Positions 44,335 through 53,385 of a stretch of 60,331 nt of DNA are shown here, one piece after another (the stretch's first letter is position 1; the number at the start of each line of letters is the position of its first letter). The stretch is taken from NCBI GenBank assembly GCA_050010075.1, contig JBEKLS010000003.1:1-60331 (forward strand), given 5' to 3'. The translations under genes and the position numbers were made by a program. The notes below the pieces were generated by a model. That model was not told where the DNA came from and did no database searches. It was given only the letters and a program-made list of their open reading frames with translations. The DNA comes from Candidatus Binatus sp. (GTDB taxonomy: Bacteria; Desulfobacterota; Binatia; Binatales; Binataceae).

Positions 44335-44462
44335 TCTAACTTCAGTCCTGGGGTAGTCTCCAACCGCCTTATGATCAATCAGGTATGCAAAGTTGTCGCC
44401 AATCTGACGATGGGATATTCGGAAGCGAAATTATAACGAAGGGAGCTGGCGCTGGCGAGCGG

Positions 44463-45224
44463 CTACGACGTCGCCCGATCGAGGAACGCGCGCACGGCGG
44501 CGTTGAACGCGGCGGGTTGATCGATATTGGCGGCGTGGCCCGCTTTCTCGAGGATCACCTTCTGCGCACCGGGAATTTTCGCCGCCATATAGTCGGCCGA
44601 CGGCCTGAACTGCGTATCACTTTCGCCGACCAGCACCAGCGTCGGAACCGCGATCGCCGGCAACGACTCGATCACGCGGCCGTCCTTCTGCGCGAGCATC
44701 CCGCGCGCCGCATGCGCCAGGCCCTGGGCGCTGCGATGGTGCGCGATGCTGACTTCGGCGCTGACACCCGCCGCGGCCAAACCCTTCTTCTCGTACGCTC
44801 GCGCCATGTCGTCTGCGATCCGGTTCCATCCCGCGCGTCCCTCGTCCTTCTTGTAGCCGGGTCCCGTGTCGAACAGCATCAGCGCCTCCGTGCGCTCAGG
44901 ATGCGCAAGGTGAAACGCCAACGACATGAAGCCGCCGAGCGACAAGCCGGCGATTACCGCGCGACCGATGCCGCAAGCGTCGAGCACGGCGGCCATATCG
45001 GTGATCGTCGCATGGTGCGAGTACAACGCGGGATCGTCGGGCGAGTCGGATCGGTCGTGGCCGCGCATGTCCCACGAGATTACGTGATAGTCGTCGGCCA
45101 GCGCCTCCACCTGACCCTGCCACATGCGCGCGCTGGCGCTGTAGCCGTGCGAAAGCAGGATGGCCGGCCCGGCACCGTGCTGTTCGTAGTAGATGCGCAC
45201 GCCGTCGCGATCGAGATAAGACAT
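44463..45224 (-). CDS. alpha/beta hydrolase (Ser nucleophile)
   Basis: The ATG at 45224 gives MSYLDRDGVRIYYEQHGAGPAILLSHG. GLSLGG elbow. The Arg-rich 81-aa ORF-track extension was rejected. Confidence 0.88.
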   Translation of the reverse strand: MSYLDRDGVRIYYEQHGAGPAILLSHGYSASARMWQGQVEALADDYHVISWDMRGHDRSDSPDDPALYSHHATITDMAAVLDACGIGRAVIAGLSLGGFMSLAFHLAHPERTEALMLFDTGPGYKKDEGRAGWNRIADDMARAYEKKGLAAAGVSAEVSIAHHRSAQGLAHAARGMLAQKDGRVIESLPAIAVPTLVLVGESDTQFRPSADYMAAKIPGAQKVILEKAGHAANIDQPAAFNAAVRAFLDRATS

Positions 45225-45256
45225 AGTCAGTTCATCCTCACTGGCGCGGCGAATAC

Positions 45257-45904
45257 TCAGCTTCCGCCGCGCTGCATCGCGGCCAGCGCCTCGGCCTGCT
45301 CGCCGAGAGCCTTCTTTACCGACGGGCGGCCCTGCACATGACCCCACCACGCCGCGACTTTCGGATGTCCGTCGAGCGGCTTGACGCCGAAGGCGGGCAT
45401 CAGGTTGGTTACGAAGAACATCGTGGGCGCGAGCGCGCAGTCGGCCAGCGTGAAGTCGGCGCCGCACGCATAGCCGCGATCGGCGAGCATCGTTTCGAGC
45501 TGGTCGAGGCGCTTTTTGAATTCGGCAACTTTCTCCGCGACGACTTTTTCGTCGCGCGTCTTGGGATTCATCTGGCCGAACAGTGCTCGCAGCGGCGGCT
45601 CGAGATAAAGGTCATGGAATCGCGTGAGGATTCGCACCCGGGCGCGGCCCTCGGGGCTCTTCGGCAGCAGCGGCGGCGTCGGATACTTGTCCTCGAAATA
45701 CTCGTTGATAACCTCGGACTCCGGGATGAGCAGGCCGTCGGCTTCGAGCGCAGGCGTTTTGCCGAGCAGATTTATCTTCGCATACTCAGGTGAGCTCAGT
45801 TCGCCGCCCGGAATCGGCGCCATCTCGACGTTCAGTCCCTTCTCATAGATCACGAGCCGGGACTTGGTCGCGAAGTTCGAGAGATACAAATTGTAAAGCT
45901 TCAT
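45257..45904 (-). CDS. glutathione S-transferase
   Basis: 215 aa. MKLYNLYLSNFATKSRLVIYEKGL...GKTPALE...ESEVINEYFEDKYP. Confidence 0.85.
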   Translation of the reverse strand: MKLYNLYLSNFATKSRLVIYEKGLNVEMAPIPGGELSSPEYAKINLLGKTPALEADGLLIPESEVINEYFEDKYPTPPLLPKSPEGRARVRILTRFHDLYLEPPLRALFGQMNPKTRDEKVVAEKVAEFKKRLDQLETMLADRGYACGADFTLADCALAPTMFFVTNLMPAFGVKPLDGHPKVAAWWGHVQGRPSVKKALGEQAEALAAMQRGGS

Positions 45905-46069
45905 CGTTGTCGATTCCTCGCTGCTTGAGATTCAAGTTCGCTTATCGCAGACGACTGCGCGCGGCGCAAGCCGCTCATGAATCATCCTCGTAACACGCCG
46001 ATAAAAATGTTCTTGCGGGCAACGGCCCGACCGTGCATAGGTGAGAGTTCGTATTGGAGCTCGGAATCG

Positions 46070-47740
46070 ATGAAGAACGCGACGACGGGCGCGCGGCTCG
46101 GGCGCCGAGCGCTTAACTCCAGAAATATTCTCGGATTGGTGGCAATCTGCGCGATCGTGCTGGGCGCGGTCGCGAACGCATCGGCCAAGCAGAAGCAGAA
46201 GCAGATGAAGACCTATCCGGAGCCGTATGCGATCACCAAGAGCGGACCCGTGCTTGGCACCGAAGTTGATGGTGTGAACGAGTTCCTGGGTATCCCGTAC
46301 GCCCAGCCGCCGATAGGATCCCTGCGCTGGCTCCCGCCCAAGGCTTTCGGAAAATTCAGCGCACCTTTCGAGGCGAATGCGTTCGGCAGCGAGTGCACCC
46401 AACCCGGACCTGCCGGCAGCGAAGATTGCCTGTACCTTAACGTCTATACGCCAGTCCAGGCCGAACGCGCCGAGGACGCTTCCGAAGCGGCAGCCAAAAA
46501 GAAAGGTTCGAGTAGTCTACCTGTAATGGTTTTCATTCATGGCGGCGGACTTACAGCCGGCGCCGGCAGCATTTACGACCCTTCAATGCTCGTTGCACAG
46601 GGAGTGATAGTTGTAACCATCAACTATCGCCTCGGCGTGCTAGGATTCCTGGCCCAGACAGCACTCGATGCCGAACATCATGATGCGGGCAACTATGGCT
46701 TCATGGATCAGCAGCTAGCCCTCAAGTGGGTTAAGAAAAATATCAAGGCCTTTGGCGGCAATCCGAAAGAGGTAACTATATTTGGCGAGTCCGCGGGCGG
46801 CCAGAGCATCTACTGCAATCTTGCGTCACCTACCGCCAAAGGACTATTCCGTGGCGCGATAGCTGAAAGCGGGTCCTATGTCGAATTTCAGGATTATTTT
46901 ACTGCTGTCGAGACCTTGAAGACCGCGGAGACCACCAACGGCTTCGCCCCGTCCGGCAACTCTGTAGCAGTAGCTGTCGGATGCAGCAGTCAGACAGCTG
47001 CATGTCTGCGAGGAGTTTCGGCAGACACGTTGGTGCAGGCAGAGGCGGGCGTCGTGTATCCCTTCGTCGATGGAAAATTACTTACTCAGACGCCGGCTGC
47101 GGCCTTTGCCGACGGCAAGTTCAATCAAGTGCCTGTCATAGCAGGTACTAATCACGACGAATATAGGGCCTTTGTCGCTGCGGAGTACGATGGAACGGGG
47201 AATCCTATCCTGACCGAGGACGAGTACGAGGCCGCGGTTGCGTTGCTGTGGACTACTCAGCTAGCTCCCGGCGTGCTGGCCGAGTACCCCTATGACAGTT
47301 ATCCTAACGGTGGCCTGGCGCTGTCGGCTTCGGGCACAGACGGAGTCTTCTCATGTACGGCGCGCAACGCCGATGAATTATTGTCGAAATTCGTCAAGAC
47401 CTATACCTACGAGTTCAATGACGAGAACGTGTGGCCGGGTACCCTGCCAGGTGTGACCTTTCCGCTAGGCGCCTATCACGCCGCAGAGCTGTTGTACCTG
47501 TTCAACGTAGCTGGAGAGAGTCCGACCTTTACCGCTGACCAACAACAGCTATCCGATACAATGATCAGTTACTGGACCCAGTTCGCGAAGACCTTGAACC
47601 CGAATTCGTCCGGCCAGCCGGCCTGGTCGCCTTACGCGACGTCAACCGATCAGTTCCAGTCGCTGGTGCCGCCGACCCCGATGCCCGAGACCAACTTCAA
47701 CACCTTTCATATGTGCGATTCGTTCTGGAACGTTTTCTAG
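46070..47740 (+). CDS. secreted type-B carboxylesterase/lipase
   Basis: The ATG at 46070 gives a signal peptide (MKNATTGARLGRRALNSRNILGLVAICAIVLGAVANASA). EDCLYLNVYTP, VFIHGGG, FGESAGG motifs. Confidence 0.9.
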   Translation: MKNATTGARLGRRALNSRNILGLVAICAIVLGAVANASAKQKQKQMKTYPEPYAITKSGPVLGTEVDGVNEFLGIPYAQPPIGSLRWLPPKAFGKFSAPFEANAFGSECTQPGPAGSEDCLYLNVYTPVQAERAEDASEAAAKKKGSSSLPVMVFIHGGGLTAGAGSIYDPSMLVAQGVIVVTINYRLGVLGFLAQTALDAEHHDAGNYGFMDQQLALKWVKKNIKAFGGNPKEVTIFGESAGGQSIYCNLASPTAKGLFRGAIAESGSYVEFQDYFTAVETLKTAETTNGFAPSGNSVAVAVGCSSQTAACLRGVSADTLVQAEAGVVYPFVDGKLLTQTPAAAFADGKFNQVPVIAGTNHDEYRAFVAAEYDGTGNPILTEDEYEAAVALLWTTQLAPGVLAEYPYDSYPNGGLALSASGTDGVFSCTARNADELLSKFVKTYTYEFNDENVWPGTLPGVTFPLGAYHAAELLYLFNVAGESPTFTADQQQLSDTMISYWTQFAKTLNPNSSGQPAWSPYATSTDQFQSLVPPTPMPETNFNTFHMCDSFWNVF

Positions 47741-47749
47741 CTGTGAGTG

Positions 47750-48769
47750 CTAGCGGCCGCCTTCTTCCTGCTTGATCACGAAAATCAGCGACTCGGCGAA
47801 GTCGTCGGGATGTTCCAGTTGCGGGTAGGCGCCTGAGGTTTTGAAGACCACGGTCGCCGAACCGGGCATCGCGGCATGCAAGGCCTGCGCTTCGGCGTTC
47901 GAGAAGTAGGGACTCTTGGCTCCCCACATTATGATTGTGAGCGTGTTGAAGACCTGGCCGATTTTCGATCGGATGTGCGCTTCGTCGCGCGGCACCGAAT
48001 TGAGCATGTCGGTCTCGGCCGGCAGGTCGACGCTCAACTGCGCCATCATGCGCTGATAAATGAAGTCCGGCATCGGCGGCAACTCGAAGAAGCTCGCGTC
48101 AACCTGCGCCCGAATCGCGTCGGGCGTCGTCGGCAGCATCCCCTGGCGAAGTTTTTCAGCGCCGCGCTCACCCACGAGGCCGCCCGAGACCAGCACCATC
48201 CGTTCGACTTTGTCGGGATGCTCGACGGCGTAGTACAGTGCCACATCCGCGCCGAGATCGTTGCCCACCAGGTTGACGTGATCGAGCTTCATCTCGTCGA
48301 TCATCTGGGCGATCGCTTCGGCCTGGTAGGCGATCGTGTATTGGACCTGCTTGTGATCGGACGAAGCGAAGCCGGGCAAGTTCGGCGCGATCACTTTGTA
48401 GTGCGCGTCGGCGACGGGCGGCATGATGCCGCGCCATACGAGCGCCGCGTTCGGACCAAGCCCGTGTATCATCACAACCGGCTCCATTTCCGAGTAGCCG
48501 CCGGTCATCAGGTACGTGATCAGGCCGTCCTTCAGCGCCAGATCGTTCTGCGCCACGCCCGACCATCCCAGCCGCGAAATCTGAATCCATCTCAGTACAT
48601 CGACGGGCCGCAGGTACATCGCAGCGGCGAAGATGCCGAGAAAAACAGCCGCGAGCGGCCCGGCGATATTGATCCAGGTGTGGCGGCGTACTTGCGGAGT
48701 CAGATTTTCGGCGCGAATGTCCGCTTCGGTCGGCGTGCGCGTTGCTTGCGATTTGATTGGCTCCGCCAA
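47750..48769 (-). CDS. membrane-anchored alpha/beta hydrolase with Asp-type nucleophile elbow (epoxide hydrolase/dehalogenase-like)
   Basis: 339 aa. TM segment WINIAGPLAAVFLGIFAAAMYL. HGLGPNA. Elbow VGNDLGADVA has Asp where Ser is usual. Annotated start is TTG, so the start is uncertain. Confidence 0.75.
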   Translation of the reverse strand: MAEPIKSQATRTPTEADIRAENLTPQVRRHTWINIAGPLAAVFLGIFAAAMYLRPVDVLRWIQISRLGWSGVAQNDLALKDGLITYLMTGGYSEMEPVVMIHGLGPNAALVWRGIMPPVADAHYKVIAPNLPGFASSDHKQVQYTIAYQAEAIAQMIDEMKLDHVNLVGNDLGADVALYYAVEHPDKVERMVLVSGGLVGERGAEKLRQGMLPTTPDAIRAQVDASFFELPPMPDFIYQRMMAQLSVDLPAETDMLNSVPRDEAHIRSKIGQVFNTLTIIMWGAKSPYFSNAEAQALHAAMPGSATVVFKTSGAYPQLEHPDDFAESLIFVIKQEEGGR

Positions 48770-48786
48770 TTCGTTCGACCGCGGCG

Positions 48787-49209
48787 CTATTTCGGCGACG
48801 GCGCTGCCGCGGGCGCTTCGGTAGCAGATGAGTCGGCCGCCGCTCCCGACGCGACAGCAGTCTTGTTTGCGGCGGCCTTCCGCGCCGACTTGGTCACGTG
48901 TGACAGCCGGCGTCCATGAGCCGCCTCGCGGTCCCGTTCCATCTGATCGAGATGGTCGCCGACGCGATTGATTTCCTTGGTCGCGTCCTGGACTGCAGCA
49001 GTGGCCCGGTTCGCGGCCTCGGTCGCTTTGTCCGCTGCGGCCTGCGCCTGGGCGGCCGCTTGTTCTGCGTGCTCCGCCGCCTGCTGAGCCTTGGCGGCGG
49101 AAGCTTCGGCCTGCTGCGCCTGCTGGTCATTGTTCGACGCGCATCCGACGAACGCGATCGCGAGCACAAGGATCGACAGCGCGAGGAGAAATCGGCGCAT
49201 CAAGGACAT
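48787..49209 (-). CDS. alanine-rich coiled-coil lipoprotein
   Basis: 140 aa. Lipobox AFVGC. Then AQQAEASAAKAQQAAEHAEQAAAQAQAAADKATEAANRATAAVQDATKE (Lpp/alanine-zipper-like). Confidence 0.6.
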   Translation of the reverse strand: MSLMRRFLLALSILVLAIAFVGCASNNDQQAQQAEASAAKAQQAAEHAEQAAAQAQAAADKATEAANRATAAVQDATKEINRVGDHLDQMERDREAAHGRRLSHVTKSARKAAANKTAVASGAAADSSATEAPAAAPSPK

Positions 49210-49210
49210 C

Positions 49211-50086
49211 CTAGTGCTGCCCGAACGCCTGCACAGTACGCATATCAGGCAGCGGCGCGCCGTCGGCCCGCAGCGGCAGGATACAAACGTGAGAGGCGCC
49301 CGCCTTCAACTGCGCGTCGATACGATCGCGAATCTTGTCCTCGGTGCCCCACGCCACGATCGCGTCAACCAGCTTGTCCGAGCATCCATTCTCGAACTCG
49401 CTGTCAGCCCATCCGAGCGCTTTCAGATTGTTCGTGTAGTTGGGCAACCGCGGGACGTAGGTCTTCATATAGGCGCGCGCTGCCGTGCGAGCTTTTGACG
49501 CGTCGGTTTCCAGGATGACGGCCTGCGCCGCACATAGCATCGCATTCGGCCCGATTTGCGCTCGCGCCTTCGCCGTATGCTCGGGCGGCACGAAGTACGT
49601 GTGCGTGCCGTTAGCCTCCGACGCCGACAGCGCCAGCATCTTGGGATGCAGCGCGGCGAGTACCACTGGCACGGGCTCTTTTGGCGCCGGCGCCATATAA
49701 AGCGCGCCCTTCATCTTCGGCAGATACTCTTTCATGAAGCTGTAGGGCTTGTCGTAGTTATGGCCGCGCAGATTGCTGACGAGCGGCTTGTGACTGACGC
49801 CGATACCGAGCAGGAACCGGCCGCCGGAAAGTTCGGCGACGGTCTTCGACGCGGCCGCCATCGTGATCGCGTCGCGGGCCCAGATGTTCGCGATGCCGGT
49901 TGCGATCGACAATCGCTCCGTATGGCTCAGCAGATACGCCGCGTGCGCGAACGGCTCGCGGCCGACCGCCTCGGGAATCCACAGCGCCTTGTAGCCATTC
50001 TTCTCGACCGTCCTGGCGAACTCGGCACTGTCCGGCGCAGTCATGGCGTCGAGAAAAAACCACATTCCAACTTTTCCAATATCCAT
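49211..50086 (-). CDS. LLM-class F420-dependent oxidoreductase family protein
   Basis: 291 aa. GYKALWIPEAVGREP, GRFLLGIGVSH. Confidence 0.85.
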   Translation of the reverse strand: MDIGKVGMWFFLDAMTAPDSAEFARTVEKNGYKALWIPEAVGREPFAHAAYLLSHTERLSIATGIANIWARDAITMAAASKTVAELSGGRFLLGIGVSHKPLVSNLRGHNYDKPYSFMKEYLPKMKGALYMAPAPKEPVPVVLAALHPKMLALSASEANGTHTYFVPPEHTAKARAQIGPNAMLCAAQAVILETDASKARTAARAYMKTYVPRLPNYTNNLKALGWADSEFENGCSDKLVDAIVAWGTEDKIRDRIDAQLKAGASHVCILPLRADGAPLPDMRTVQAFGQH

Positions 50087-50220
50087 GACTCAACTAACTA
50101 ACGCGCCGAGTGGATTTGAACAAGCGCGGCCGCGCCTTCCTTCTTTTCAATCCCATTCGCGCGGCGATAGAGTAGCGCGAATTCGCCACGATAATCGCTT
50201 CGCACAACGAGGTAATAGAA

Positions 50221-51081
50221 ATGAAACTCGGCCTCATGTTCGTTAACTCCGGACCTTTCAGCAATCCCGCCCTGCTCGCGCATCTCGCGACCACCGCCGA
50301 GCGATGCGGCGTCGAGTCGATGTGGACGGTAGAGCACGTCGTCATCCCGCAAGACTACAAATCGCCGTATCCCTACTCGTCGAGCGGCAAAATTCCCGGC
50401 GGCGAAGATGTCGCGATCCCCGATCCGCTGCTGCCACTAGCGTTCGCCGCTGCCGTGACGAAGAAAATCAAGCTCGCGACGGGCGTCCTGATCCTTCCGC
50501 AACGCCATCCACTGTACGTCGCCAAGGAAGCCGCCACGCTCGACGTTCTCTCTGGCGGGCGCGCGATTCTAGGAATCGGTAGCGGATGGCTCGAGGAGGA
50601 GTTCAGCTCGCTCGGCCTCGATTTTCACACCCGCGGCGCGCGTACCGACGAGGCGATCAAATCGCTGCGCGCATTGTGGAGCGAAGACTCGGCCTCCTTC
50701 CACGGCAAACATTTCAACTTCGGACCCGTCAAGTGCTATCCGAAGCCGGTGCAGAAAGGCGGCGTGCCGATTCATGTCGGCGGCCATTCTCCCGCCGCCG
50801 CCAGACGCGCAGGCCGCTACGGCGACGGCTTCTTCCCGGCGCTTGCCGATATTCCCAAGCTCAAGGAACTGTTCGCGCTGATGAAGTCGGAGGCCGAAAA
50901 GGCCGGCCGCGACGCGAGCAAGATCGAGCTGTCATGCGTGGGACGCCCGCGCGTCGAGGAGTTGAAGGCGCTCGCAGATATCGGCATATCGCGCGTCGTG
51001 ATCGCACCGCCAGCCTTCGACGCGGAGGGGCTCACAAGAGGACTCGAGAAGCTGCACGACGATGTGATCTCGAAGATATAG
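50221..51081 (+). CDS. LLM-class F420-dependent oxidoreductase family protein
   Basis: 286 aa. GVESMWTVEHVVIP, GRAILGIGSGWLEEEF. GAGG upstream. Confidence 0.85.
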   Translation: MKLGLMFVNSGPFSNPALLAHLATTAERCGVESMWTVEHVVIPQDYKSPYPYSSSGKIPGGEDVAIPDPLLPLAFAAAVTKKIKLATGVLILPQRHPLYVAKEAATLDVLSGGRAILGIGSGWLEEEFSSLGLDFHTRGARTDEAIKSLRALWSEDSASFHGKHFNFGPVKCYPKPVQKGGVPIHVGGHSPAAARRAGRYGDGFFPALADIPKLKELFALMKSEAEKAGRDASKIELSCVGRPRVEELKALADIGISRVVIAPPAFDAEGLTRGLEKLHDDVISKI

Positions 51082-51222
51082 ATGAGGAACTTAATCGAAT
51101 GCGGAACCCACCGTGGGTTCCGCACCTCCCTGGGCAGCGGTGACCCCTGCACCCAGTGAAAAGAAAGGATGCGGGATTACGTCCCTGTTAGTAGTGGGTA
51201 AAGGGGGAGGGTCCGAATCTTA

Positions 51223-51280
51223 CCTCGCCCGTTCTTTTTACGGGAGAGGCGCCGGCCGCATCGCGGCCGGCAGGTGAGGG
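51223..51280 (+). repeat. REP-like composite double-hairpin intergenic element, copy 2
   Basis: CCTCGCCCGT-tcttttt-ACGGGAGAGG, then the perfect hairpin GCCGGCCGC-atc-GCGGCCGGC, then GGTGAGGG. Lies between convergent genes. Confidence 0.6.
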
Positions 51281-51301
51281 TTCTGCGATCGCAGCACAGT
51301 G

Positions 51302-51763
51302 CTAGTCGTCGCCGGTGTCGCGGGGCGGTGTTGTCGGAATCGGCGCGAGCAGCTTCACGTAAATGATTTCGGGATCGCCTTCGTCGAGATTTTCTATGTA
51401 GCCGCTTTTAATGAAGCCCAGCCGATCGCACAGGCGCTGCATCGGCAGGTTCGACTGATTGGTCGAGGTGAAAAGCTTGCCCGATTGGCAATCGAGCTCG
51501 GCCGCGCGCATCAGCGCCGTCGCGAGTCCGTGGCGGCGGAAATCAGGATGCACCATCAGCAGCCGCACGAAAAATTGATCGAAGAAACTCTCGTCGAAGA
51601 TGACGAAGCCGCGGATTACGTCGTCGACGCGCGCCACTGCGATGCGCCCGCCGGCAGAGGCCTCGCCAATCAGCCGGCGCCGCGCCGCGCCGGCGTGGAC
51701 AGTTTCGTCCAGCGCACAAATGTGCTCAAAATCCTGACTGGAAGCCCGTTCGATTATCGTCAT
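51302..51763 (-). CDS. GNAT-family N-acetyltransferase
   Basis: The ATG at 51763 gives a 153-aa protein. VHPDFRRHGLATALM is the acetyl-CoA-binding motif A. The ORF-track extension to 52189 overlaps the crotonase gene and was rejected. Confidence 0.8.
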   Translation of the reverse strand: MTIIERASSQDFEHICALDETVHAGAARRRLIGEASAGGRIAVARVDDVIRGFVIFDESFFDQFFVRLLMVHPDFRRHGLATALMRAAELDCQSGKLFTSTNQSNLPMQRLCDRLGFIKSGYIENLDEGDPEIIYVKLLAPIPTTPPRDTGDD

Positions 51764-51788
51764 AAATCCCGCCAGAGGTGCGATATCC

Positions 51789-52589
51789 GTGAAGGATGAA
51801 ACTTCAGTCGATCCGTTGATAGTCACCCACGAGGCGCCGATTGGATGGCTGGTGCTGAACCGGCCGCAAGTTCGCAACGCGCTCAATTTTAGGACCTGGC
51901 AGCGGATTGCGGAAGGTGTCGCCGAACTGGCGAGCGACGACGCGATTCGCGTGATCGTCATGCGCGGCAGCACCCCGCAGGCATTCATCGCGGGCGCCGA
52001 TATCGCGGAGTTCCCCGCCATGCGCGCCGATGCGGCCCAGGCGCGCGCGTATCGCGAAGCCCCCAACAACGCAATCACGGCGCTGATCGAATGCCGCAAG
52101 CCGGTCGTCGCGATGATTTCCGGCGTTTGCATCGGCGGCGGCGTGCAGGTCGCGCTCTCTTGCGATATCCGGATAGCGGCGCGCGGCACACGCTTCGGCG
52201 TTCCCGCCGCGCGGTTGGGACTCGCCTATCCGCTCGACGGCGTCAATATGCTCGCCGCTACCGTCGGTCCCGCCAACGCTCGCGACATTCTGCTGTCAGC
52301 GCGGCTGTTCGACGCGGAAGAGGCGTTGCAAATGGCCCTGATAAATCGCCTGGTCGATCCCGAAAAGCTCGAAGAAAACGTCCGCGACTACGTGCTCAAA
52401 ATGGCGACCAACGCGCCCCTAACAATGACGGCCGCCAAGCTGGCGATTCGCGAGAGTCTGAAAGACCGCGAGGATCGCGACGCCAAAGCGGTCGCCGCAA
52501 TGGTCGCGCAATGCTTCGACAGCGATGACTATCGTGAGGGCGTGCGGGCGTTTTTGGAAAAGCGACGCCCAACGTTCAAAGGCAAATAG
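51789..52589 (+). CDS. enoyl-CoA hydratase/isomerase (crotonase) family protein
   Basis: 266 aa, GTG start. LVLNRPQVRNALN, FIAGADI, GVCIGGG, REGVRAFLEKRRPTFKG. Confidence 0.88.
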   Translation: MKDETSVDPLIVTHEAPIGWLVLNRPQVRNALNFRTWQRIAEGVAELASDDAIRVIVMRGSTPQAFIAGADIAEFPAMRADAAQARAYREAPNNAITALIECRKPVVAMISGVCIGGGVQVALSCDIRIAARGTRFGVPAARLGLAYPLDGVNMLAATVGPANARDILLSARLFDAEEALQMALINRLVDPEKLEENVRDYVLKMATNAPLTMTAAKLAIRESLKDREDRDAKAVAAMVAQCFDSDDYREGVRAFLEKRRPTFKGK

Positions 52590-52733
52590 GCCTTAACCGC
52601 TCTGTTTTAGGCTGATGAAACGGTCGGTATCGGTAGCATACAGTCGAACTTGCTTGTAACAGTCACGACTGCATGTTAGTGATATCTGCGGTTCGACGGC
52701 CTTTTCGGCGGTCTGATTTCGCGAGGAAGATAG

Positions 52734-53366
52734 ATGTCATCGCTGCAGGAAGAGCGGAGCGCGGAGACCCGGCGGCGGCTGCTTGATGCCACCGTCGCCT
52801 GCCTTTTCGAACGTGGCTATGCGGGCACCACGACCACCGAGATAGCCAGCCGCGCGGGAGTCTCGCGTGGTGCGCAGTTGCATCATTTTCCCAAGAAAGA
52901 TGAGCTCGTGGTGAGCGCGCTCGAGTACGTGTTCGAGCTGCGGCTCACCGAAATGAGCGCCGCGATCGCCGAGCCGCCGTCGGGCAGCCGCGAGCATCGC
53001 CTGGGCGTGCTGATCGACGCGATGTGGCCGATGTTCAAGGGACCGACTTTCTATGCGTGGCTCGAGCTGGTGGTCGCGAGCCGCACCGATCCTGCGCTCA
53101 ACGACGCGGTGCGCGCCGCGAGCGAGCGCTTCGGCGAAGGATTTCAGCTCGGGTTCGGCGCGCTGCTCGATTGGCCCGCCGGCCACGAAGACCAGCTTCA
53201 CGATTTGATCGGTGTCGTGTTCGGACAGCTCGAATCGATGGCGCTTGAGCGCGTGCTGTTCGCGCCGAGCGAGATCGATCCGCCGGAGTTCGTGCACGGT
53301 TTGGAAATGGCCAAACGGGTCAGCGCCGCGCTGGTGCGCGATCTTGATTCGGCGAAACAGCCCTGA
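52734..53366 (+). CDS. TetR/AcrR family transcriptional regulator
   Basis: 210 aa. GYAGTTTTEIASRAGVSRGAQLHHFPKKDEL HTH. GAGGAAG upstream of the ATG. Confidence 0.88.
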   Translation: MSSLQEERSAETRRRLLDATVACLFERGYAGTTTTEIASRAGVSRGAQLHHFPKKDELVVSALEYVFELRLTEMSAAIAEPPSGSREHRLGVLIDAMWPMFKGPTFYAWLELVVASRTDPALNDAVRAASERFGEGFQLGFGALLDWPAGHEDQLHDLIGVVFGQLESMALERVLFAPSEIDPPEFVHGLEMAKRVSAALVRDLDSAKQP

Positions 53367-53385
53367 AGGCAGGAGGCATTTGACC

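Noticed and set aside
51763-51789. Only 25 bp separate the divergent GNAT and crotonase start codons. Considered a shared compact regulatory element.
   Set aside because: There is no palindrome or repeat in the gap. More likely one start is mis-assigned (the crotonase start is a GTG), or the transcripts overlap.
51764-52189. N-terminal 142-aa extension of the GNAT ORF (track start 52189)
   Set aside because: The extension overlaps the well-supported crotonase gene on the other strand and is Ala/Ser-rich. The GNAT fold begins at the ATG at 51763.
53212-53385. 58-aa N-terminal extension of P450 copy 1 overlapping the TetR gene. Analogous extensions occur at 45225..45467, 19721..19816, 7879..8013, 35291..35332 and 45977..46069.
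   Set aside because: The internal ATGs are preceded by Shine-Dalgarno-like sequences and give family-typical N-termini. The extensions are Arg/Cys/Ser-rich and overlap neighbouring genes or start at non-ATG codons.
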